Assembly: GCA_046482545.1 (NCBI GenBank)
Contig: JAWOEX010000042.1
Span: forward strand, 1-47,261
Source of the DNA: Candidatus Thorarchaeota archaeon
Lineage (GTDB): Archaea > Asgardarchaeota > Thorarchaeia > Thorarchaeales > Thorarchaeaceae
Direction of reading: 5' to 3'
DNA: 47,261 bases
Positions 38,099-47,261 of this stretch are shown here, one piece after another. The notes below the pieces were generated by a model. It ran no database searches. It was not told the origin of the DNA and saw nothing but the letters and a program-made list of their open reading frames with translations. How positions within the stretch are numbered: the first letter of the stretch is position 1; each line of letters starts with the position of its first letter. The translations under genes were made by a program, and so were the position numbers.

Positions 38099-39967
38099 CT
38101 ACGTCCTCTTGACAGAAGAGAATTTGTAAAAGTAGCAAGCTACAGCTGCAAGAACAACACCTGCTGCAACTCCGATGATAAGCAAAATCACATCTGGATT
38201 CCTTGGTCTCTCGGTGCAACTAAAAATATAGACTTCGCTCACTAGCTCGTTCTCCGCATAATCTCTGGAGATGATTTGAAACTCGATATCTCCCGCTTCA
38301 TCATGTTTCAGCTGAGTGCAGAACCTAGACTCACCACAAGTGGACATTTTAACAAGGCCTAGGGATTTCCCACTACAAGAGATGTTCAGGTAGGTTTCGA
38401 CAATCCCGCTAATTGGGTTCAGAAGTTCAGCTATAATGGAATAGGTTTCGCCAACACTCACTTCCTCAGGGTATGTAACATTGTTTAGCACAGGTGCTTG
38501 TGCGTTATCCGGGTAAACCCTCAAAGTCTCATTGCTATTGGATGGCAAGTCTAATTCAAATCTCAGAAGATAGGCATCTGAACCAGGTATTCTCCCAACT
38601 GAGGTTGCTCCCGAAACTAAGTATTCCTGATCCTCCAACGGCGGTTGTACTAGGATATCGACTACCTGATTTTCTAGCGAATAGTTCATACCGTTCCAGA
38701 GTTCGACATAACCACCAACATCTGGTTCCCGAAATAGCGTGGGAGCGCGCTTCATGGTTAGTCCATCCCAGGGGCGCGACCAGTCTTTCTGGGGTGTCCA
38801 GTTCCAGGAGAATGGCTTGTAATCCTTGAATTCAATCACTCTGAAACCATGCGCGAGATGGTCAGGTTCCGAGGGAATAGTTGAAACCGTGGCACCAATC
38901 GCAGTAGTAAGAACCCACAGGGTGCCATTGACTCTGTCTACCCGGTCATTGTGCAGATGGCCCGTAAGAACCATATCAACATCATTCTGCTCGCATATGT
39001 CAACGAGTGCCGAAGCTTCGTTTTCGTCTAAGTAGTAACTCGGGGGTTCATTCAAATCGTATAGAGGATGATGGATGCAGAGTATCTTGGTTTCCGCGTC
39101 GCTTTGGGATAAGTCTCGCTCAATCCATTGAATTTGGGTACTGTTCAGCTCCCCTCGATGAGAGTTTCCCATAACTAGCAGGATATCGGGGCCAAGCTTG
39201 GCTGTATAGTAGTCAGGCCCAAAGAATGAAGAATAAATGCTGAATCCACTGCCATCAGAGTCCAAGTCGTGGTTTCCAGGTCCTACGAAAACGGGAACTT
39301 GACTCTGCTTCACGAAGTTTACTATCCTTTGGAAGCTCTCCTCGTAGCCAGTTTCAACTAGGTCACCAGATAGTACCACAATGTCTGCTCCAGCCATACT
39401 GGCTTGATATAGAGATGAGAGAAATCTATCATCCCTCGGTGAGGAGGACAATTTGATGTGTGGGTCTGTGATGTGGAATATGGTAAAATTTTCAGGATAG
39501 CTGTACCGAATTTGAACCGCATTGAATTCGGTCAGTTCAACCGTTTGGGTACCATCAGTCGTTCTAACAACCAAGTCGAAGAGCCCTTTCACTGCGTTGG
39601 TAGGTATAGTTGCATTTACTACCCAAGAACCAGTTGTGTCATTCCATGTTGAATCTGTGACTGACAGATTGTACTGAATGTATGGACGATACAGGGTAAG
39701 ATTCCATTCAGTCAGGTTAGAGGGGCCTCTGATTTCCGCCTGCAAAACTGAACCGTTTAGAAGAATGGCAGGTGAACCTATTCGAGGCCATTTTATTCTC
39801 GCTCCGAAATCGGATGCCTGTGCGCTTTGGTTTGCACATGATATCGTTCCAGCTGTATCAAAAACATTGGTCTGGCCTTCTGGAATAGTCGGCGCCATAA
39901 GAATAATGAGGATTAAACAGGCATAGAAGGCATTTCTGGACTGGTTTTGATCTAGCCCAAACAACAA
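38099..39967 (-). CDS. exported, C-terminally anchored calcineurin-like metallophosphoesterase
   Basis: HITDPH, SGDLV, PGNHD, HHP and LTGHLH; signal peptide and C-terminal TM. Confidence 0.88.
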   Translation of the reverse strand: MLFGLDQNQSRNAFYACLILIILMAPTIPEGQTNVFDTAGTISCANQSAQASDFGARIKWPRIGSPAILLNGSVLQAEIRGPSNLTEWNLTLYRPYIQYNLSVTDSTWNDTTGSWVVNATIPTNAVKGLFDLVVRTTDGTQTVELTEFNAVQIRYSYPENFTIFHITDPHIKLSSSPRDDRFLSSLYQASMAGADIVVLSGDLVETGYEESFQRIVNFVKQSQVPVFVGPGNHDLDSDGSGFSIYSSFFGPDYYTAKLGPDILLVMGNSHRGELNSTQIQWIERDLSQSDAETKILCIHHPLYDLNEPPSYYLDENEASALVDICEQNDVDMVLTGHLHNDRVDRVNGTLWVLTTAIGATVSTIPSEPDHLAHGFRVIEFKDYKPFSWNWTPQKDWSRPWDGLTMKRAPTLFREPDVGGYVELWNGMNYSLENQVVDILVQPPLEDQEYLVSGATSVGRIPGSDAYLLRFELDLPSNSNETLRVYPDNAQAPVLNNVTYPEEVSVGETYSIIAELLNPISGIVETYLNISCSGKSLGLVKMSTCGESRFCTQLKHDEAGDIEFQIISRDYAENELVSEVYIFSCTERPRNPDVILLIIGVAAGVVLAAVACYFYKFSSVKRT

Positions 39968-40399
39968 TGGGACACATCCAACCGTAGTACCATCTTCATT
40001 CCTTATAGCGTTGCCTGAATTAGAGAGACGATTAAGCTATCTTCCTCAAAAGAATGCTATCGCAAAAAAAAATGAAACATTTCTAGAAGGCTAAATCTAA
40101 TCCCCATGCAGATGAATTACTCTCCAAAGAACAAATGAAAGAAGTGGTGTGCAGTAGGCCCTCTAGTCACAAGTTGTCAAAGTAGTTGCTTCTATTTTGA
40201 AAAACCCAAGGATAGTTGTTGAAATAATCACTTTGGCAAAGAGGATTCACTGCAATTGAAAACCATATAACTAAGAATCGCCTGCAGAAAAAGCATTCAA
40301 AGCCTTGGGGAATCAGAAGCCGCCCTCCTTGTGCTAGTGCAGGCGCGGCCTCGATTCTTTATTTGCCTTTGTGTAACCTATCCTGATACTCTAACCCAA

Positions 40400-43300
40400 T
40401 CATGACCTCTTTCTCAGATGGCTCCCGACTACAACAATAACTACAATAGCACCCACTGTTGCAATCACAAGCAATGCCAACTCCAACGGTACGGGCGGTA
40501 TGTCTGGCTCTGTGGTCGGTGAGGTAGTGGTAGTGGTTTCGGTCTCAGTTGGTGTTGTAGTAACGGATTCCACTACCGTGACAAAGACCGTATCACTGAC
40601 CCAGTTACCGGAGGTATCATACACCACGAGTGTGTAATTGTAGGTTCCCACATCTAGTCCATCAACACCAAGGGAGATAGGTGATCCATTCCACTCTCCA
40701 CTGTCTATCAGCGAACCATTCCTGTACACTTCGTACTGGTCTGGCAACTCGTCGGTTGGAGTCCACGTGATATTGTGTCCTGTGCTTCCGAATTCATACT
40801 CGATGTCTTCTGGGCTATCAATTGTTGGAGGTGTGGTGTCTACGACGGTGACAAAGACCGTATCACTGACCCAGTTACCGGAGGTATCATACACCACGAG
40901 TGTGTAATTGTAGGTTCCCACATCTAGTCCATCAACACCAAGGGAGATAGGTAATCCATTCCACTCTCCACTGTCTATCAGCGAATCATTCCTGTACACT
41001 TCGTACTGGTCTGGCAACTCGTCGGTTGGAGTCCACGTGATATTGTGTCCTGTGGTACCTGCCTCATAGTGCAAATCATCAGGACTGTCTATCATAGGAA
41101 TGCATTTGGATGGGTAGTTATCGACGCTTTCAGCAGTTCCGTTAATGGAGTAGACACCTGTTCCGTCATAGTCGCCCCAGCAGTTGCCCAAAGACACGTT
41201 GTCATCCCATGAGTTGAGGTCTCCATCATCCCATGCATTTGATTCGTTATTATAGAAGATCTGATTCTGATAGAATGCATTCTCGGTGCTCCCGGAGCTG
41301 ACATGGATTCCATACTCACAATTACTGCTGGCAGTGTTGTTTGTCATGGATCCCTCATCCGAGTACTGGATAAAGAAACCGGATTCCGAGTTGTTGCTGG
41401 CAGTATTGCCTGTCATGTCGTATTGGTTTGAGTTTTGTACATGAAATCCTTTCTTCAGATTGCTAGTAGCAGTATTATCAGAGATGGTGCTGGAACCAGA
41501 GTTGTATAAATAGAAACCATGCTCCGTACTGCTAGTGGCAGTATTATCAGAGATGGTGCTGGAACCGGAGCTGTATAGATAGAAACCATGCTGCGTACTG
41601 CTAGTGGCAGTATTATCAGAGATGGTGCTGGAACCAGAGCTGTATAGATAGAAACCATAATAGTTGTTATTGGCTGTATTGCCAGTAAGAGTGCAGCCAT
41701 CAGAGTGGCCCAACTGTATCCCAATTGATGCATTGGTGAAGAGCCCATTTCTTACAGTAACTCCTGTACAGGCAGCCAATATTACTTGACCGTATGAATC
41801 TCCATCTATTATTCCGCTTGTGAGGTTTGCGAAGTACCCCAGGGGTTTGCCATTAACTGTGTTGCCTGACATACTGTGGGACCAGTAAGACGGACTTGTT
41901 CCGTATATGACTACACCATTATACTCAAGGGTATTGTCGGTCAGAATGGAATTCGTGGACTGAGACAGGTATATTCCATAGACTGAGTTACTGGCGACCA
42001 TATTGCTTGTAAGATTGTTTCCACTCAATTGTGTGAGCATGAATCCATGATAGTTGCCAGTAGCGGTGTTTCCTTCTAGGATACAACCGGCTGCATTCTT
42101 AACGAAGAACCCGGTCTGCAAATTGTTGACGGCGGTGTTATTGGATAAAGCACAATCATCCGAGGACAGAATGCGGAATCCATTATACGAATTGCCCATA
42201 GCGGTGTTATCCGTCAGAATACTGTCGGCTGACATTGAGATCAAGAACCCATATTTTGAGTTGTCAGTAGCTATGTTATTCGTTAGAGTACTATTGCTTG
42301 AAAGCCAGAGAATGAACCCGTCTTGGAGGTTGCTTGTGGCAGTGTTGTCTGTCAGAATACCTCTATCTGACCGATAGCTGTAGAACCCATGATACGAATT
42401 ATCGGTAGATGTATTGTTCGTCAGCTCACAGTCGGATGAGAATAGCAGTGTCATGCCAATCGACGCATTGCTGAAGACCCCATTTTCTACTGTCACGTCC
42501 GAGCAGTTGGCCAAGATCACCTGACCATAAGTGGAACCCTCTATGGTTCCGGAGGTCAGATTTGCGAAATAGCCCAGGGGCTTGTCGTTAACAATGTTAC
42601 CCGACATATCATGGAAGCATTGCGAGGGGTTCAATGCTTCGAATACTATACCGTTACCGGTAAGATTGTTGTCTGTCAAGGTAGTCCCACCTGTGTGATA
42701 GAGGTATACGCCAGCAAGTGAGTTACCAATCATTGTGTTGTCTGTTAGGCTGGCCCCGGTCATCCCCTCGAATCGGAATCCATGCTCAGAGTTGCCGGCG
42801 GCAGTGTTCTTTGACACAACACAATCGGCTGAGTTTATGAGGCTGAATCCATGCCGTACATTGTTGGTGGCAATGTTCTCGCCCAGTTGTAGATTGTCAG
42901 AGAGGTATCCATAGAATCCATCGTACGAATTACCCGTGCCAGTATTGCCAAATAGAGTGGTTTTAACCGAGCTCCTGAAATGGAATCCGTTTTGCCCATT
43001 CTCACTGGCTGTGTTGGCACTTGTTTTAGAGTTATTGGAAAAGTACATGTCAAAACCATGCTTTATGTTATACAGTGCTGTGTTCTCTTCCATTTTACAC
43101 CAATCAGTCATATACAGATGAAAGCCGTGAAGCGAATTGTTTGAGGCTTTGTTGTTTATGAGAACACAATTCTCGGAGAAACCAACTTGTATTCCAATAG
43201 AAGTATGAGTGAAATCGCCATCTCTGATAGTTACATTGCTGCAGTTAGCCAAAATCACTTGTCCGTAATCCAGAGCAACGACATCATCATCCGTGAGGCC

Positions 43301-44527
43301 ATAGTAGTACTTCAAGAGTTTGCCATTGACCTCGACGTTCTCTATTGTATGGGTCCACTGTTCCAGGCTCGTTCCTTCTATAACCAGACCACTTTGAATG
43401 ATTATATTCTTCTTCACATCGCAGCTTTTCGATTCATGGAGATAGATTCCAGAGATTAAACTGCCGGTGATAGTACTTGTTTTCAGGGTGCATGAATCAG
43501 ATTCCCCGAGGTAAAAGCCATGCTTGTTATTGGTGGCATTATTGCCTTCAAGGATGCACTTCCCTGACCTCTCGAGATAAAACCCGGAATATGCATTTGA
43601 ATAGGACCTCTGGCCATCAGCTAGATTGTTCTTCATATCACAATGAGTCGAATCACCGATATAAAACCCATAATTGAAATTGCTGATAGCGACATTATTC
43701 GTTAGGTTGCTCTCTGGAGATTGCAGAAGTCTAAAGCCATCGGCGTAATTGAACGTGGCATTGTTATTCGTCAGTGTAACGTTTTCTGAGTTGTCAATGT
43801 AGAACCCCCAATTATTATAGAATGCAGTGTTGTCTGTCAGAATGGAATGTTCTGAATACGAGAGACGAAATCCGGGGTCATTGGAGCTACCGCTGACGGT
43901 ATTGTTTGTCAGAGTGGAGTATGGGGAATAATATATGTAGTATTCAGAAGAGCTAGGACTCCCAGTGATTACGTTTTCTGTCAGAGTACAATATGGGGAG
44001 TTAGAGATTGACACTCCTCTCACATTATTATTGACGAAAGTATTGTTTGTTAGGATGCAGTTATTCGAATCCTCCACAACGATTCCTTCAGAATGCCATT
44101 CAATGGTTGAATCAAATATTCTGCCATGAGTCACGTTATTTAGCACAATTCCCTCATTAGATGATGCTTCAGGAGAGCTGATCAAGCAATTCCTGATTTC
44201 AAAATGCACGCTAGTGTTTGTGATATTGATACTTACATCTATTGAGGTGATGTTCAAATCTTCTATCAGGTAAGGGTCACCCTCTCCTCCACTCCCAGGC
44301 CAGCCCTGAGTCTCGAAGTCGCCATCACCGGTTATCTCGATTGGGTCATGGGAGATGTACGACGTTGTGAGCATTTTCATTGCTGTTGGCTCTTCGCCAT
44401 TATCTCCAGTGTTTAGTGGATGATTCGTTCCAGCAATTGGTCCTGATGTAAGAATTACAGAGAGTACAATTACGCATAGTATTATTGTCGCTTTTTTGGC
44501 CATATAGTTGCACATTGTAGCACCCAA
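40400..44527 (-). CDS. large NosD/parallel beta-helix cell-surface protein with two Ig-like repeats, Thr-rich linker and TM anchor
   Basis: Many N-T-A-x-x-N..GF repeats, GSG..GDPYLIE, three NGK/YGQVILA modules, GN.WGDY and a C-terminal TM. The start is probably at 44503 or 44515. Confidence 0.9.
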   Translation of the reverse strand: MGATMCNYMAKKATIILCVIVLSVILTSGPIAGTNHPLNTGDNGEEPTAMKMLTTSYISHDPIEITGDGDFETQGWPGSGGEGDPYLIEDLNITSIDVSINITNTSVHFEIRNCLISSPEASSNEGIVLNNVTHGRIFDSTIEWHSEGIVVEDSNNCILTNNTFVNNNVRGVSISNSPYCTLTENVITGSPSSSEYYIYYSPYSTLTNNTVSGSSNDPGFRLSYSEHSILTDNTAFYNNWGFYIDNSENVTLTNNNATFNYADGFRLLQSPESNLTNNVAISNFNYGFYIGDSTHCDMKNNLADGQRSYSNAYSGFYLERSGKCILEGNNATNNKHGFYLGESDSCTLKTSTITGSLISGIYLHESKSCDVKKNIIIQSGLVIEGTSLEQWTHTIENVEVNGKLLKYYYGLTDDDVVALDYGQVILANCSNVTIRDGDFTHTSIGIQVGFSENCVLINNKASNNSLHGFHLYMTDWCKMEENTALYNIKHGFDMYFSNNSKTSANTASENGQNGFHFRSSVKTTLFGNTGTGNSYDGFYGYLSDNLQLGENIATNNVRHGFSLINSADCVVSKNTAAGNSEHGFRFEGMTGASLTDNTMIGNSLAGVYLYHTGGTTLTDNNLTGNGIVFEALNPSQCFHDMSGNIVNDKPLGYFANLTSGTIEGSTYGQVILANCSDVTVENGVFSNASIGMTLLFSSDCELTNNTSTDNSYHGFYSYRSDRGILTDNTATSNLQDGFILWLSSNSTLTNNIATDNSKYGFLISMSADSILTDNTAMGNSYNGFRILSSDDCALSNNTAVNNLQTGFFVKNAAGCILEGNTATGNYHGFMLTQLSGNNLTSNMVASNSVYGIYLSQSTNSILTDNTLEYNGVVIYGTSPSYWSHSMSGNTVNGKPLGYFANLTSGIIDGDSYGQVILAACTGVTVRNGLFTNASIGIQLGHSDGCTLTGNTANNNYYGFYLYSSGSSTISDNTATSSTQHGFYLYSSGSSTISDNTATSSTEHGFYLYNSGSSTISDNTATSNLKKGFHVQNSNQYDMTGNTASNNSESGFFIQYSDEGSMTNNTASSNCEYGIHVSSGSTENAFYQNQIFYNNESNAWDDGDLNSWDDNVSLGNCWGDYDGTGVYSINGTAESVDNYPSKCIPMIDSPDDLHYEAGTTGHNITWTPTDELPDQYEVYRNDSLIDSGEWNGLPISLGVDGLDVGTYNYTLVVYDTSGNWVSDTVFVTVVDTTPPTIDSPEDIEYEFGSTGHNITWTPTDELPDQYEVYRNGSLIDSGEWNGSPISLGVDGLDVGTYNYTLVVYDTSGNWVSDTVFVTVVESVTTTPTETETTTTTSPTTEPDIPPVPLELALLVIATVGAIVVIVVVGSHLRKRS
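40578..41054. repeat. near-identical 207-bp direct repeat (40578-40784 and 40848-41054)
   Basis: I see only two mismatches; the period is 270 bp. Confidence 0.92.
41461..41658. repeat. 69-bp tandem repeat, about 3 copies
   Basis: Units start at 41461, 41530 and 41599 and encode GFYLYSSGSSTISDNTATSST(Q/E)H. Confidence 0.92.
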
Positions 44528-44755
44528 CCCAGTCTTTATATAAGTGTATCCTTTAGTTATTTATCAAATGACAATATAGTTTATAAATTAAAAATATCCA
44601 TATACAATAATGATTATATGAACTCCAGAATGAAGCCCGACAAAGAATAGTGTGCTGGTCTTTATTTTGACGAAGTATCGTAAGGATATGCTGTTCAGTT
44701 CTGTATGGAATGTAGATAGCCATCTAATAGACGGCCGCAAACGGATTTGATTTTT

Positions 44756-45350
44756 CAGTTGATTTCTTCCACGTATAGTTACACGACTTCCTACAGCTGA
44801 AAGAAAATGGCCGCATTCTGCTGCAATACATTCATCCCCCTGTTATTGTGGACTTGGGATTTCAAACAAGCTCCAAAATGGCCTTGTTAGTTAGAAATCT
44901 GACTTTTTGAAGAACTTCCACTGGAGATATGAGCAATTGAGCTCCAGATGCAGAATCATATATTTTCCTCGAATCTTTTCACCTAGCGACTCTTATGGTA
45001 TAATCATAAACAAGATCTCTGTGACATTATAGGAATTATAGATATCAACGGTAATGACACTCTGCAATTTGGTCCACATCATGCCAAGTTTCTCCTCTCA
45101 TTCTCTCCATGAGACCTTTGAAGTCTACATCCTTCATTTCTGGTTGCAGATTGCGTCTACTGGAGTCTTCAACTTCGATGATTGTATCTGCGACATATAT
45201 TAGAATCTTGGTTGGAATGCAGCCTCTGTTCAAACATGTGTCGTCAAACCTGCCATTATCAACAATCGCCACTCTGAGTCTTTGCTTGAACGCTGGTGCG
45301 GCAACATTTGCTCCTGCACTTGAACCCAAAACTGCAACAACCGCAGTTCC
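44756..45350 (-). pseudogene. decayed 5' portion of a second Lpd/mycothione-reductase-like gene
   Basis: TCLNRGCIPTK, then across frameshifts and stops ASGAQLLISP..FLTNKAILEL and AAECGHFLSAVGSRVTIRGRN, colinear with 31491-32891. Confidence 0.85.
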
Positions 45351-45499
45351 TCTGAGGTCAATGAGCGGCGTACCGATTTCAAATGAAGGAACCCAATTGG
45401 CATATCACAGATTCTTGCTTTCATTGATATTTCACTTCTGATTGTGAACTTCCACAAGGCTTTTTGGCGAGTCTGCACTCGACAGTTGGCGGTATTGAC

Positions 45500-46702
45500 A
45501 TGAACAGCACTACTGTACAACCTACATCTGCAAGAACACTGGCTGGGTCTATGAATGAAGAATCCGGCGGCCTCTTTCGTTTCTTTCTGCTTCCATTGAT
45601 GACCACACTGCTCTTTTTGCAGGCTTTCAGGGTGTACATTGGACAAGTCTACTTCCAAAACCTCAGCGAGATGTCATTGGGTCCCTCTATTCTCTTGGTG
45701 TTCTTACTCCTGTCTCCGGCTGCAATCTTATTGGTACGGAACATACAAAATGAGACTCTGCTGATTTTGACTGCTACCGGTGTTGCAGCCTTCCGCTTTA
45801 TCATGCCCTTTGTGCAGACAGCTCTGGCAGCGTATTTGTTGGTCGCAGGCATGACTGTTGCGTTCTACGGCATGTATCTTACAGTTGCAGTATCCATGCG
45901 GTCAAAGGACAAGCAGGAATCATTACCTTCTGATACATTACTACTCAGCATAGGAATCAGCCTAGGGATTGCAGCAGATCTCACGTTTAGGAACATTGGA
46001 GTCACCTGGGATCTCACCACAGGACCACTTGGCATTTTGGTTGCTCCAGTTCTTTGTATTGTTACATTCATACTCATCTATGCGAGCTGCTCAGCATCCA
46101 AGGAAACTCCTTCAGCATCCGCACAAATGACTCGGACAGCATCAAGAATGAAGATAACTTTTGCAGGTCTCGGATTTGGAGGCGTGATGTTTGCCGTTCT
46201 CACATTTCTAGCATATCCCAATGTGCTTTCCAGGTGGACTAACAGCTACTATGAAGTTGCTTCAATCTCAGTTTTTGGTGGACTCATTGGCTACGTATTG
46301 ATTGCAACCAGTACAACCGGAAGGAACCTTCTAATGCAAAAGAAAATCATCATCCCCCTGAATCTAGTAACACTCGTAGTAGCTATTGATTTGGCTTATC
46401 TATTATCACCCTTCACAGCCGTCTTGGCCGGCGTGACAATCTTTGCATTCATGTTGAATCTACGAATACTATGGATGTTCCTCAGTTCTCACAATGCCCA
46501 TCTCTCGGACTATGTCATATTCCATTTTGCAGGGATGCTGTTGCTATTGTTTCTATTGTTGTTCTCTGTTTTAACCGTGGCTGCAGGCCAAATTCTAACA
46601 ACTCTTGAAGGGCTCACACCATATCTAATACTCATCGGTTTTGTCCTTGCTGTAGCACCCGCTCTCGTTATATCAGCAGGTAGTATGGAGGTGTTCGAAT
46701 GA
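45500..46702 (+). CDS. polytopic membrane protein (about 11-12 TM), possibly equivalent to the Cwh43 membrane region
   Basis: Many hydrophobic helices; ATGA overlap with the downstream EEP gene. The start is uncertain (45464, 45500 or 45551). Confidence 0.75.
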   Translation: MNSTTVQPTSARTLAGSMNEESGGLFRFFLLPLMTTLLFLQAFRVYIGQVYFQNLSEMSLGPSILLVFLLLSPAAILLVRNIQNETLLILTATGVAAFRFIMPFVQTALAAYLLVAGMTVAFYGMYLTVAVSMRSKDKQESLPSDTLLLSIGISLGIAADLTFRNIGVTWDLTTGPLGILVAPVLCIVTFILIYASCSASKETPSASAQMTRTASRMKITFAGLGFGGVMFAVLTFLAYPNVLSRWTNSYYEVASISVFGGLIGYVLIATSTTGRNLLMQKKIIIPLNLVTLVVAIDLAYLLSPFTAVLAGVTIFAFMLNLRILWMFLSSHNAHLSDYVIFHFAGMLLLLFLLLFSVLTVAAGQILTTLEGLTPYLILIGFVLAVAPALVISAGSMEVFE

Positions 46703-47261
46703 AGACAGATTCACTTTTCAGACTGGTCGCTGTTATGTCATTGGTAGTTCTCATCGGGTCTGCATCTGGCCTCATCATCTCGCTGTATCCAGCAACCACT
46801 CCGTCCACAACTGACACTATCACAGTCATGACCTATAACACATATCAGGGATACACCCCTGATGGACTAGTCAATCTTGAACACGTCAGAAATACCATTC
46901 GCGATTCTGATGCAGACTTGGTAGGACTGCAGGAATGTGACACAGGAAGACTCAGCTCAATGAACATAGACACGATTCTTTGGCTCTCTAGTGAGCTTGG
47001 GATGCATAGCTACTATGGTCCACCAACGAGTGAACATATCTACGGTGCGGCACTTCTCTCGAAATACCCCATAATCAATGCGAGCTATCATGTGCTGAGT
47101 CATGAGGAACTCCCCCGTGTCATGATTGAGACTATCGTTCGAATTGGTTCGGTAGAACTCACTGTGTTCGTCGTACACCTTGGGCTCTCTTATGAGGACC
47201 GCACGACTCAAGCAGATGAAGTAATGGCTGTGGTGAACGCAGCTCCTACGCCCAAAATCTT
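46699..47261 (+). CDS. membrane-anchored endonuclease/exonuclease/phosphatase (EEP) protein, Cwh43-C-like; 3'-truncated by window edge
   Basis: Not in the ORF track. GGAGGTG SD, then MKTDSLF.., a TM segment, VMTYNI, ADLVGLQECD, GAALLSKYPI and VHLG; open to the window end. Confidence 0.88.
   Translation, partial: MKTDSLFRLVAVMSLVVLIGSASGLIISLYPATTPSTTDTITVMTYNTYQGYTPDGLVNLEHVRNTIRDSDADLVGLQECDTGRLSSMNIDTILWLSSELGMHSYYGPPTSEHIYGAALLSKYPIINASYHVLSHEELPRVMIETIVRIGSVELTVFVVHLGLSYEDRTTQADEVMAVVNAAPTPKI

Noticed and set aside
40310-40357. Imperfect hairpin as a SECIS element
   Set aside because: There is no AUGA/GA core and no upstream in-frame UGA; at most it is a terminator-like structure.
40578-41054. 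Diversity-generating retroelement TR/VR pair
   Set aside because: Both copies are in frame within one gene, the two mismatches are not both at adenines of one template strand, and there is no reverse transcriptase in the window.
41461-41658. CRISPR array
   Set aside because: The units are contiguous coding repeats without unique spacers, and there are no cas genes.
1-47261. tRNA, rRNA, IS elements, integrases or viral genes
   Set aside because: None recognised by eye; tRNAscan-SE, Infernal and ISEScan would be needed to exclude them formally.

Overview
This is an archaeal genomic window. The gene content suggests an Asgard archaeon, probably Thorarchaeia; that is an inference from the PAC2 chaperone, F420 genes, tandem Lrp/AsnC regulator, NosD/Ig surface protein, GGTGA Shine-Dalgarno sites and TATA boxes. 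It holds about 40 CDSs and no rRNA, tRNA, CRISPR array or transposase that I could recognise. In order: a peptidase-rich stretch (1-10.6 kb), a HATPase/STAS-like pair, a secreted metacaspase, a GTPBP1/2-like translational GTPase, F420 genes (FbiB-C-like nitroreductase, cofD, cofC), redox genes, and a large beta-helix surface protein with very recent internal duplications. Three decayed or frameshifted genes are absent from, or only fragmentary in, the ORF track. The best candidate for an undescribed system is a tightly coupled six-gene operon (17564-20176, minus strand) behind a palindromic operator. It encodes a stand-alone HdrA N-terminal Fe-S domain, a 2x[4Fe-4S] ferredoxin, a DGC-domain/lipoyl-carrier (GcvH) fusion, two more DGC proteins and a thioredoxin-like protein. 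Two other highlights are a selenocysteine-lyase-like NifS fused to SelD, and a split two-gene homologue of the eukaryotic GPI-remodelling protein Cwh43 at the right edge. Family assignments come from motif recognition by eye, not database searches.
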